Assembly: GCF_001186125.1 (NCBI RefSeq)
Contig: NW_014040483.1
Span: 1-46,708 of the forward strand
Length of the DNA: 46,708 nucleotides
Reading direction: 5' to 3'
Origin: Sphaeroforma arctica JP610
Lineage: Eukaryota
The translations under genes and the position numbers were made by a program. Shown piece after piece: positions 14,384 to 27,000 of this stretch (within the stretch, counting starts at the first letter, position 1; each line of letters opens with the position of its first letter). The notes under the pieces are model-generated. The model made no database searches. It saw nothing but the letters and a program-made list of their open reading frames with translations, and was not told where the DNA came from.

Positions 14384-15692
14384 TCCCTGCGCTATAGTAC
14401 GAGGTAGTCAGTAGGGGAGGTACGGGTCTTTCGTCCCCCTCGCTCCGCTGTGACTATATCGCATTGACGCACAGATGAGACTGCTGAAGCTGGGTCTACA
14501 GATCCTCACCAATCGCAGACTAGCCCCTTGCAGACCTGGCGCGGTCTGTGGCCACGCTGGGGTGGTCAGACCTGCACTACCCAAGGCACGTTGGGTTGGA
14601 AGGCACTGCAACGGCTTGTGTTCGATGCATCTGTGGGTGGCTAATCAAATATTAGTAAGATACTGATCCGGGCGTGATCATGGCTGTAAGTGTGTGACTA
14701 GTAGTCAAGCAACAAAGTGCCCTGTTAAGATCTGTTTGAGGACCGGCCCTGTGAGGATGAATTTTAGGACCGGACAGGATATTTTGTAGCAGCCTGCTGG
14801 ACGAGAAAGCGGACCACCGAACCATGCTTCGCCGCAAGAAATGCCCACAGTAAGGTTTAGCAACCGAGCCATAGTCCTCGATGGATTCCAATGAATAATA
14901 AATACTCTATTCGAACCCCCTCGCCTATTCTAGTTGCGTGAACAAAGCAGGTGCATTCTGCGTTCCGGTTGATGTGAAATTAACGATTGTAAATTCGGGG
15001 GCCTATAAACGGGCAACGCCGTCAGAGTGTTTAACGGTTAGACAAACCATACATAGTGTGAAGTTAAATACACGTAAATGTATGTATAAATCATCAAGCA
15101 GATCAAAAGATACCATTTACCCACACTCTTCCTACCACAAATTTGAATTTCAATGAGGTCCATGTAGCGGAACCTCGATTGCAAAACTAGAAGCTTGATC
15201 ACTCCGAATCGGGTACAGTAACCGATGTAATATCGAAGTGCACTTGCACGTTGCTTAGAACCACAGACCTGCCGGCATGAATGAATTTCAGCAAGACTCT
15301 GGAGTGATAAGTGAAGAAGCCATAGCACTACACAGGCGGCGGGCAGTGAAGTATCAATTGTGAAGTAGATTCAGCCAGGCAAAGATTATACCCGTACATG
15401 CTGCGAGCAAAACCATATACCTCTGCAAAAGTATATTACACAGACGAAACCAAGGATAAACAACAGCCTATATGCTATCATAACGGGTACAGCGAACCGT
15501 GAGCAATATTCGTACATCATTTATTCAGCGCTTCCGTTGCAGATACTGATATCGGCCGCTCTGGACCGACACCACGTGTCAACCAGAGGAAGTACCGTCC
15601 ACCTGCACTAAACTTGCCCCAATTATAGCCACGCACTAGTTACGCGCGCCAAACTAAATACTGGCCAAGAACACCGCAGAGTCGCTTGCCAT

Positions 15693-17977
15693 TTACATGA
15701 TGTTGAACAGCGTTTTCATCCGTACGATCAGCCTCCTGGAAGTGTGTGGTAGTTCATATGGTATATGAGTGTATTGGTTCATGGTATGGTATATGAGTGT
15801 ATTGGTCCATGGTATGGTATATGAGTGTATTGGTCCATGGTATGGTATATAAGTGTATTGGTTCATGGTGTGGTGTATGAGTGTATTGGTTCATGGTATG
15901 GTATACGAGTGTATTGGTTCATGGTATGGTATATGAGTGTATTGGTTCACGGTATGGTATATGAGTGTATTGGTTCATGGTATATGAGCATTGGTATAGA
16001 ATAGTGCAGTCCAACACGATGCACCTATTCGTACAATCTAATAATTGTTTAAACTTTTGGATTTATATGTTTTATGGAATCGAGAATCCCCTGCACAGGT
16101 GATCAGTTACTACGCACACATGGTGTCCTGAGCAGAGCTGCCTGTGGTGACAATCACTAAAGAATATGATCCGACAGAAGTCAAAAGAAAACAAGCCACT
16201 TACCAATCCTGCTTGGTCATCTCATCCCTGAAGTGCTCCTTCAACACCTCAATCGTCTTTCTCGTCAGTCGGGTGTATATAGCGTCGGTCGAATCAAACT
16301 GACGCCCATACATCTTCGGTGCCTCCGACCCGAAGTTAGCGATTTTAATGGCCACGGACTGACCCACCTGTGGTAGTGGTGCATGGTAGGGAACGGGTGT
16401 TACACCGGAGATCATAGTACAAAGGGATAACGACCTTATGTACCCGTAGTACGAGATAGTGTCTTGTTCTCTGTGCGTAGTATATTATACATAGGTCGGG
16501 TACAATCAGCCGTTATAAAACAAGACCTAGACGAGATACATACACGCAGGCACTCGTATACTACCCACACCATCCAACCCACGCCCACGCGCCTAAGCCG
16601 TCTTAGATATTGCACCAGCACGTGAGAATACGTACCTTTGCCTCGTGGAGTTCCTTGTTGTTGATCTCAATAGACTGCACTGTGCCCAGGATCAGACCGT
16701 CTTTGGATGGTACACACACCGGCACACCCACCGTCAGTCGTCCCTCTAAGATATCCACACCCACAATGATCGGGTCACGCTTGTTGATGACAAACTCTGT
16801 GGAGTATTGTAAAAGGGCAGTGCGCTCGTATGAGTGCACGACTTAAAACCCTAAACCCTAAAGTTAATGAAGTCTACTGCTTTGCTGTTGTTGTATGTTG
16901 TTGTATAAGCAAAGGGGTAACATCCGTGTGTACAGGTAACTATCCTGACACATGACGTTTGCAAGGGTTGGGAACATCCGAAATGTGGCGTACATATGGA
17001 TTCTAGGCGGATCACACACCGCAGACGCGATATAGTGCATTTACAATGGGGCGTGACTATACCTGGTTTGATGACAAAGTGGCATGGGAACCAGGCCAAG
17101 TGTGCGTTCTCTTCCTTCTTTTTCGCCTTGATAGCCTGCAGGACAACCGCGCAAAAAGGTATGTAGGATCAACGATTTAATTAGGGATAAGGGTCCGAAT
17201 GGGCCCACTATGACGATAGAATACGACATGCATGGCAAAGCCAGAGAGCACACCCCTCAAGACTATACACACACCCCTCAAGACTATACACACACCCTAT
17301 ACTGTACATAAAGACGAACACCAGTGCTGTGTTGCGCACGTGCATGTGGTAGCCACGGTACGGATGGACCTGCTCCGCAACCTTTAGAGTTGGGACCGGG
17401 CAGGCATTGGCTCGAGAGAACTATCGAGCACACGACCAATCCAACGGACTTGTATTGTGGGCCCAAGCGAGTTCTTCGTTGGTGTGGCTGAGGCGAAGAA
17501 GAAACAAGAACGAACGTTTTCCACACACACCACAGATAACACACGCACACACACAACCAGATGATATACACATACACTGAAACGCTCCACAGAGACACAA
17601 GTAGGCTTACCGCAAGGTGGGCAGTGAAGTTATCAAACAGATGGTATATGATATCGGCCGTAAAGAGAGTCACGCCCATCTCCTTGCACATGTCTTGTGC
17701 GTCCTTGTCCACTTTGACATCGAAGGCCAAAATGACTGCGTAGGTTGGGTCGTGTTGTAGCTGCGGATAACGAGGGAGATGAAAGATATATCAAAACAAG
17801 AACAACTTAATGAAAAAAAAGCAATCATGGCAGAAATGCTTCCAGGAAGAGGCAATGGAAGAGAGCGATAGGTCCGTCAAAACAACATACTGAATATTAT
17901 TCATTCGAGCTTCATAGGTATATGCTTGTAAAGAGGCCTCATAACAAAAGTATAGATATATACATATACATATAAAA

Positions 17978-18014
<37 letters not shown>

Positions 18015-21000
18015 GGTTAGGTTAGTTAGTTAGTTACGTACNNNNNNNNNNNNNNNNNNNNNNNNNNNNNNNNNNNNNNNNNNNNNNNNNNNNNNNNNNN
18101 NNNNNNNNNNNNNNNNNNNNNNNNNNNNNNNNNNNNNNNNNNNNNNNNNNNNNNNNNNNNNNNNNNNNNNNNNNNNNNNNNNNNNNNNNNNNNNNNNNNN
18201 NNNNNNNNNNNNNNNNNNNNNNNNNNNNNNNNNNNNNNNNNNNNNNNNNNNNNNNNNNNNNNNNNNNNNNNNNNNNNNNNNNNNNNNNNNNNNNNNNNNN
18301 NNNNNNNNNNNNNNNNNNNNNNNNNNNNNNNNNNNNNNNNNNNNNNNNNNNNNNNNNNNNNNNNNNNNNNNNNNNNNNNNNNNNNNNNNNNNNNNNNNNN
18401 NNNNNNNNNNNNNNNNNNNNNNNNNNNNNNNNNNNNNNNNNNNNNNNNNNNNNNNNNNNNNNNNNNNNNNNNNNNNNNNNNNNNNNNNNNNNNNNNNNNN
18501 NNNNNNNNNNNNNNNNNNNNNNNNNNNNNNNNNNNNNNNNNNNNNNNNNNNNNNNNNNNNNNNNNNNNNNNNNNNNNNNNNNNNNNNNNNNNNNNNNNNN
18601 NNNNNNNNNNNNNNNNNNNNNNNNNNNNNNNNNNNNNNNNNNNNNNNNNNNNNNNNNNNNNNNNNNNNNNNNNNNNNNNNNNNNNNNNNNNNNNNNNNNN
18701 NNNNNNNNNNNNNNNNNNNNNNNNNNNNNNNNNNNNNNNNNNNNNNNNNNNNNNNNNNNNNNNNATATATATTTCACCGCAAAACGCAATATGCCACACA
18801 GGCTGCCAAGGAGAGCAGTCGCAAGAGTGGGTGCATATATTGGATGGCAAAAGTTGGGGTTGTGTACTGGAGTCGTAAGAAACACACAGTACACACAAAC
18901 AACTATGGCAAGACTCGCACCTGACTTGTGATGGGGCCATCGAGACCACTCACAACTATTTGATCGCCTTCCCTGAGCTTTCCCTGTGACAAGATGACAT
19001 CGATGGTAGTGCCCAGTCCCAGTAACACCTTGACCTCCAGAACGGTACACTGCAGGATGTCTACAAAGGCCAACCGCTCAGCCATCATCCTAGAAGAGAG
19101 TGGGATGGTAGGGATTAGCATGGAAACCCTCCATAACTCTTAAAGGGAGAACAGCGGTGGAAACAAGCGTAATAAGGCTATCATTCTACGAGACAATAAT
19201 AGTACAACCAAACGTGTAACCAGACTATCATTCACGAGAAAATAAAAAGTAGAGATTAGTATAACCGAGATGGCTCCCATGGCCTCGCCGCACAGGAAGC
19301 CAACAGGGCGTACCAGCTTAGTCAGTGGGCCTTTTCTTTCGGATGTCAATGCGATACGCCTTCACAGCCATGCATCAAGATTGTATGCACGTGCATAGAT
19401 ACAACCAATGTATCCCACTTGTAGGACAAGGTGTAGCTCAATTGGTGTAGTCTGAGCAAAGGATCACGGACATACCTTTGTGTCAGTTGTACGACCAACA
19501 TCATCAGATCTGGGATACCCTCACCGGTGTGGGCGCTTGTGGGAACAACGGACACCGTTTTTCTAATGTCTTTGTTTTCATGGTATAGACATGCATTCAA
19601 ACCCTGGAGAGTGAAAATTGGAGCGTAGAGAGTTGTGGTTTGAGGATGAAAGTAAACGTGGCGTTTTGAGTCGACTTTTAACGTCACACTACATTGTATG
19701 ATCGAGCTTCGACGCAAAGGATAGACGATTGCAGAGAGCAGGCAAGTGTAAGGCACAATCATACAGTGACACACAAGCGAAGAAAGAAAAGAAAAGATCA
19801 ATGTGCGTATTAAATCGCTACTTTGATTATCAGTGCTGGAAAAACAAAAACAAAACAAAACAAAAAAACGGATAGCAGCTTGGCCTACGAAATATATTTG
19901 ACAGCAAGTCCATGGGATGTGCAACACCTTAGTTTAATAAACACACAAACACACACACACACACACACACACACTTAAGTACTGTCCAGACAAGTATGAC
20001 GAACCTGGTTTGAAGCATTGCTAAAGTTATAAAATCGTGTCTTGGAGCATAGTTGATAAATAAACACACACACACACACTAAAGTACTGCCCAAAAAAAG
20101 TATGACGAACTTGGCTTAAAACATTGTAAGTTACACACCCATTGTTGGAACATACCTGCTCAGCCAGTTGCCCGAGGATCTGATTACATCGGTCTTTGAA
20201 CTCGATCTTCACATTCTCAGTCTGCTTTTTCATTGTCGCCGTGAAGTTCTGCAGCGAATGGCGTATGAATGATATAGTTAAGTCAGAAATATACACAAGT
20301 TAGAACAGCAGGAGATAATCCCCTATTCGACCATCTTATCTCAAAAGTACCATACAACTAGCACTTTCACGCGTGCATACCATCCCGGTGTGCAAAGCGG
20401 GACCACATCGGATACCTTGATCCACTACAGTTGTATTCAGCAGTCGCTCAGTCGCTCATATACTGTATGCTGTGCAGGCCCTCACTCAGACACCACATTA
20501 TGCGTGTCACACATACATGCCTAAGAGATCGCGACATTTTTGTCGCTGCATCTGTTACCACAATACACACAAACACCATAAAAAATAAATAAATAAATAA
20601 AACTCTGATATACTACATTCTGCCTACCAGGTTGTCATGGGCGACCCAGCCGTAGAGACGATCGATTTTGTTCAACGCCACCACGAACGGGGTCTTACCC
20701 TTCTTCAGCAGTTTAATCGACTCGATGGTCTGTGGCTCCAAACCTAAACGTAATATGAACGTAAAACGAGCAGACCATGAGGCCAGACGTGACTATTGAA
20801 CGTACAAGAAGGGCTGCAGATGCACACAGCTACAGGTGTAAGGATCGTAACGAGGCCAGGCTTGACTATTGAACGTACGAGAAGGCCTGCAGATGCACAC
20901 GGCTACAGGTGTAAAGATCGTAATGAGGCCATGCACACAGCTACAGGTGTAAGGATCACAATGAGGCCAGGCGTGACTATTGAACGTACGAGAAGGGCTG

Positions 21001-24000
21001 CAGATGCACACAGATACAGGTGTAAGTATCATAATGAGGCCAGGCGTGACTATTGAACGTACAAGAAGGGCTGCAGATGCACACAGCTACAGGTGTAAGT
21101 ATCATAATGAGGCCAGGCTTGACTATTGAACGTACATGAAGGGCTGCAGAAGCACACAGCTACAGGTGTAAGTATCATAATGAGGCCAGGCGTGACTATT
21201 GAACGTACAAGAAGGGCTGCAGATGCACACAGCTACAGGTGTAAGTATCGTTGGGCACTAGGCAGAGATGACCGATCACTATTCACCGACTGCTAAGGCA
21301 GTGAAGTATCAACCACGCAATACATAGGCACAATGGCTCCGGATTTGGCTTGGACGTTACGACACCGTAGCCGTGCGGTGGTCCTGACCCAACACGGGAC
21401 TGAAATGACACGATTTTGGTATGCGAAGTAGAGTACACGGGTGAAATCGAATTTTGTCACTGGTGATCTCTGGTGAACCGATGCAACAATACGGAAACAC
21501 CATTCGCACACAAAGGGCATTCCACCACCAGGATACATATCGCCCGGATACATAAACCGGACATGCACCCAAGAGAGACTAATACATACCACCCGGATAC
21601 ATATGTCGTGGCTTTACCCAAGACAGCTCAATATATGTCTCACTAGATGCACTAACTTACCGTGCATGAGATCGATCACCAGAATTGACAGATCGCACAG
21701 GGACGATCCGCGCGATCGCAGGTTGGAGAAGGACTCGTGACCCGGTGTGTCGATGATGAGCAGTCCAGGCACATTGAGCTCTAGCTTGCCCTTCTGGTTG
21801 AGGCATTCGGTTCGGTCTTTCACAGTCTGGATAGGCACGAACGTAGCCCCGATTTGCTGCGTGATACCGCCGGCCTCTCCAGTCTGTTGCGGGTGAGAGC
21901 GGTTGATGAGTATATAGTACCAGGGGGGTGATGGATGGGACGGTGTATAGAGCTTTGGCCACTAATAAAGGGTTTATCTATGCTGGCCCTTCCTTTTGAC
22001 CTCTTCATCAGCGGCTACTCATGCTGGTCGGTGCGATGATCCATACATAGTACGAGCAGTGGTGGTCAGAGCTCAGCACTGCGACTAAGGGATACCCCTG
22101 TGCTACTACAGAGCCCTCTATCAGAGCTGAGCTGGATTGGACTGGACACGAGTCCAATAGCTTGTACAGCGACGTATAGTGTGCAAGCTCACGCTCATTG
22201 CATACAAACGCACGGATGCCGCTAACGCCTATGACGAGTCAAGCATCGCACACCATACACTGCGTGTGGGCAGTGCCGCAAAGAGAGATGCACTGCGTGC
22301 GTGTGGATGTATTTGTGGGACGAACACTGAAGACACTGACGTAGACAGCCATGACACTGAACAATACGTAGACAACCATGACACTGAACAATCCGTAGAC
22401 AGCCATGACACTGAACAATACGTAGACAGCCATGACACTGAACAATACGTAGACAGCCATGACACTGAACAATAAGTAGACAGCCATGACACTGAACAAT
22501 ATGTAGACAGCCATGACACTGAACAATAAGTAGACAAGCCATGACACTGAACAATACGTAGACAGCCATGACACTGAACAATAAGTAGACAGCCATGACA
22601 CTGAATTATACGTAGACAGCCATGACACTGAACAATACGTAGACAGCCATGACACTGAACAATATGTAGACAGCCATGACACTGAACAATACGTAGACAG
22701 CCATGACACTGAACAATACGTAGACAGCCATGACACTGAACAATATGTAGACAGCCATGACACTGAACAATACGTAGACAGCCATGACACTGAACAATAA
22801 GTAGACAGCCATGACACTGAACAATACGTAGACAGCAATGACACTGAACAATACGTAGGCAGCCATGACACTGAACAATAAGTAGACAGCCTTAGCCAAC
22901 GTAGACATCGAAACATGTGATTGGCGGGTGGCATCCAATAGTCTATCACAGCAATAGTGTACCACAGACTAGCGGTACCCCAGCATGCTCGATGCTCGGC
23001 TGTGCTCTCATGTTTTGCACCACAGACGCCATACACACCTGAACGTTTGATTTACGGATGTGATCTAGAATCTTGGTCTTTCCGGTGTCGACATGACCGA
23101 GTACACAAATGATTGGTGAACGTAGCTCATTTGCCAACGCGTTCTTGCGGGCCTCCTCATTCCTGAGATCTATTCTCTTCTCGATCATCTTCATGTCTAC
23201 TTTATCTTTACCCTTGCCGGCATCACTGGTATGAGGTTTACAATACAAGGTTTGTGTTATAAAAGAAAACCCCCACAAACGTGCGGGAGTAGAAGTTCTG
23301 CAATAGATCAACAGCCACGAGAAAGTAGATAAAAGTGATGTAGTGTCTTGTCGAATTTGACAAGTACATCCACCCCATGGGGTGAGCAGGTGTATGTGTA
23401 TTTGAGTGTGAGCAGAAACATGCCACACAAGTCCTTGCGCCCAAGTGGACAGGCCCTTGGGAGCTAACACAATCAGCACGACGTACACGTATACCTGTCG
23501 CTGTCGCTGTCGCTATAGTCACTGCTGTCATCGTCACTGTCGTCGTCACTATCGTCACTGTCATTGTCGTCGCTTTCGGATATTTCTTTGACCTTCTTGG
23601 CAGGGGCCTTGACCTGCAATATAGGGTATACCGTTTGATACCATTGTTTCGTTAGTTATGGGAGATTAGGCTGTAGTTTTACTGGAGTGCGCTGTTGGGT
23701 AGTATGCACGGGTATCACCCAATGGCACGTTTACATCAAGAGAGGCTCGTCCTATGGGACTACTCCATTTCAAGTACAGCCCTTACTTTGATGGCGAGTG
23801 CATCGGTTAACACCACCACCTCGACGCTCCCTAATACACCAAGGAGATACAAAGACATCGCAACAATATATAAAGGTCAATTCAAAACGGGTTAAGTATT
23901 GAATATACAAACGGAGATAGGGGGTTTGGCGCATATACGTGGATACACAATAGTCACATACTGTGGCCGGTGCAGGTTTAGCCTTAGTGCTCTGTGGTTC

Positions 24001-27000
24001 GTCCTCCTCTTCACTGCTACTTGCCTCCCAATCTTCCTTGGCATCTTCATCGTCGGACTCTGCGTATGCCAACAAAAGAAAGTATGCATAAGTATCCGTG
24101 AAGTCAATATCAACGCTGTCTGGATATCAAAAGACTACTATTCTAAACGTGGCCAATCCAAGCAAACATCCGCCCAGGTCGTGTGTCACGAAGTACACTA
24201 CAGTACACAGACACTACAAGTACACACGCCAAACGCACTCATAGACAACTACAGCAGTACAGTGCTTGCGCCATTATATTCGCCTAAAACTCTGAATCTC
24301 ATGCCTCATTATTGTTCATAAATACCACTCCAACGGGCTTGAGCTATTGCGTCTCGGCACTATGAACGTCAGAAAGGGTCTCATTGGTTGGCTAAGCCAG
24401 ACTCATTCGAGGGATGTACGCAACATATATTAAAAGCCAGCTCATACCAATCATTTACTTGCTTGCCCACTCTACCACATCGCACACTCTTCCCTCTGAC
24501 AAGCAAACATATATCTCACAAACGCACACACGAAATACATCACATCTGCCCACACACCCTTCCGAGACACTCACCATCGCCGTTTGTCTCTCCACCATGC
24601 TTGATCATAACCCTTCACATGCACACACATCCATTCCCCACAGTCACCAACAAGCCCCACGCGTGCACACCTTCCTGCGAGTCCTCATCACTGCTAGCGT
24701 CCCAGGTATCCTTGACACTATCCTTGCGCTCCCGAGCCTTTTCCTCTGCCTCGGCCTCTTCGGCCGCTTTCGCCTCAGCTTCGGCCTTCGCCTCGGCTTC
24801 TGCTTTGGCGGCGGCTACCTGTTGCGGGTTCTTCTTCTTCTTCTGGTACACCACCTTCTTCTTTTGCTCAGGCTCTGCGTGGTGAATTCACATATGTAGT
24901 TATAAATAAAGTAAGCGTAAATGAGTCTTTTGCTCAGGCTCTGCGTGGTTAATTCACATATGTAATTATAAATAAAGCATGCGTAAATGAGAGTCTTTTG
25001 CTCAGGCTCTGCGTGGTGAATTCACGTATGTAGTTATAAATAAAGCACGCGTAAATGAGTCATTTGCTCAGGCTTTGCAAGGTGAATTCACATGTGTAAT
25101 GATAAATAAAGCACGCGTAAACGAGTCTTTTGCTCAGGCTCTGCATGGTCAATTCACATATGTAATTATAAATAAAGCACGCGTAAATGAGCGCTCGGTT
25201 ACTTCGACTGGTACACTATTGGTGTCGGTCCCGTACCTACATAGGGGTTGATTCTATGCCATGAACACGGAGGTGCGAGGGTTTTTTGAGTTTTTTTTAA
25301 AAGTTCAAGGGTTTTTTTAGGGTTTAGGGTTCAGGGTTTAGCTGAATTCAACGGTGTACTGTACATTCCGATATGTGATCGAGGCACAAACATAACCTAA
25401 ACCCCCTACGAATCTGTCTATGACTCAGCCGACATGGGCGTGCACGATGCCCACACTTCAACAGGCCACATACTGCTTTGTAGAGAGTACTCACCTTCTC
25501 CTGCATCCACCGGCAGCATTCCCTCTGCTTTGAGTGTTGCCAGGTACGCCGCATTCTTTGCCTGGGCTTCCTTCTGAGCTTTACTCAGCAACTAATGGTA
25601 TCGAGACAGGTCACGAGCACGTGTGAGGCAACCATGAGTCAGATAAAAAACATCTCAAGTGCGAACGTATTCAACCGGGTGCGGCAAGTGTTTAGAAAGA
25701 AATAGATCAGCGAATTGAAATGAGAGAGATAGACCACATTCGTTTCAACCAAGACGCTCAGCGGTTCCAACGTACAAGGATATGAGCTATAGACACTTGC
25801 AAGACGATCCAAGGCATATACTTGGCAGGCACACTCACCTTGCCCTCTTTCCTGAGCCGTTCCTTTCGCTCGTTCTCCTTTATTTTCTTGGCCTCTTTCT
25901 TCGCCATAGCCACCGCCTCGGCCTCTTCGATCTTTCGGATGCGCTCGTTTTCCGCTTCCTCCAGTCTCTTCATTTCATTCGCAATCCTATGGGTTACGTA
26001 GTGTGCATGGTTATACCTATGCGCCACCTACTTCATCGCATTCGTAGTTGCATGGTACAACGGGAATACGTACGTGGCAGTACAATGTGTCTGGGTCGGG
26101 TACAGATCATATCTCCTTAAGGAACGCGGCGATGGCCTGTGAGTCTGCCTGTCACATCTCCAATTCAAAAAGTACAAAGATAGTCGCTGGACTACTGGTT
26201 TATGGATGATTCGGATGTGATTCTCCATTACAGACGACGCATCACATTATGAGAAATACGCCGAGATACACTTGCACACTTGCACATACACACATATATA
26301 CATATATACAAACAAAAGGCGGCACTTGTACAGTACAATTCACCCACAATGGATTCAACACCACCACGCGCAACAAACAACCTTGAATTACATAACTTTG
26401 CAAATACACACATTCTACAGCAGCCACAATCACCCACCTTCCCTTCTCCTCCTTGAGTGAATCCCGTAGTTTCGCGCATGGTTCTGACAGCAGCACATGG
26501 CCCCTTCGTGCCTTTGCCACTCCAACAACTACCCACCCACCCACACAGTACACGTCACCATGCCATGATACACTGATAACTCACAACGCCATCATTACCC
26601 ACCTTTCCTCCTCTGCCTTGAGTGCGGCTTGTTGTTCCTGCATAGCCCTGACGGCGGCAGATGGCCCCTTCTTGCCCTTCTTGCCTTTACCTGCAGCGGC
26701 TGTGGGCTCGGGTGCAGTAGGGGCCTCCTCTTCGGGTGCGTCTGGCGTGTCCTCTGGCTCAGCACCGCCTTGTGCGGCGAGTTCCTGAAAGTACATGGAT
26801 AGTAATCTATGTGAACGTATAGTACAGGAGGCTTCTACAAGTGTTTGTATAGGATATATGCAAGAGTACATGGTACATCACGGTTACCACAAGTCTTTGT
26901 GCATAGTGTACATGTGTGGATGTATGATACAGCAGGATCCTAAAAGCATGTGTATACAGGTCCATGTAAGAGTATAAGCTCCGTGGCGCACACTAAGATA

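Noticed and set aside
18026..19050. Long ORFs crossing N-runs (also 9928-10518 and 30100-30867)
   Set aside because: They are artefacts of assembly gaps.
22340..22890. CRISPR-like regular array and repeat-protein ORFs (STYCSVSWL)n
   Set aside because: The 27-bp units are head-to-tail with no unique spacers and no cas genes. The array lies inside an eIF5B intron, so the ORFs are artefacts.
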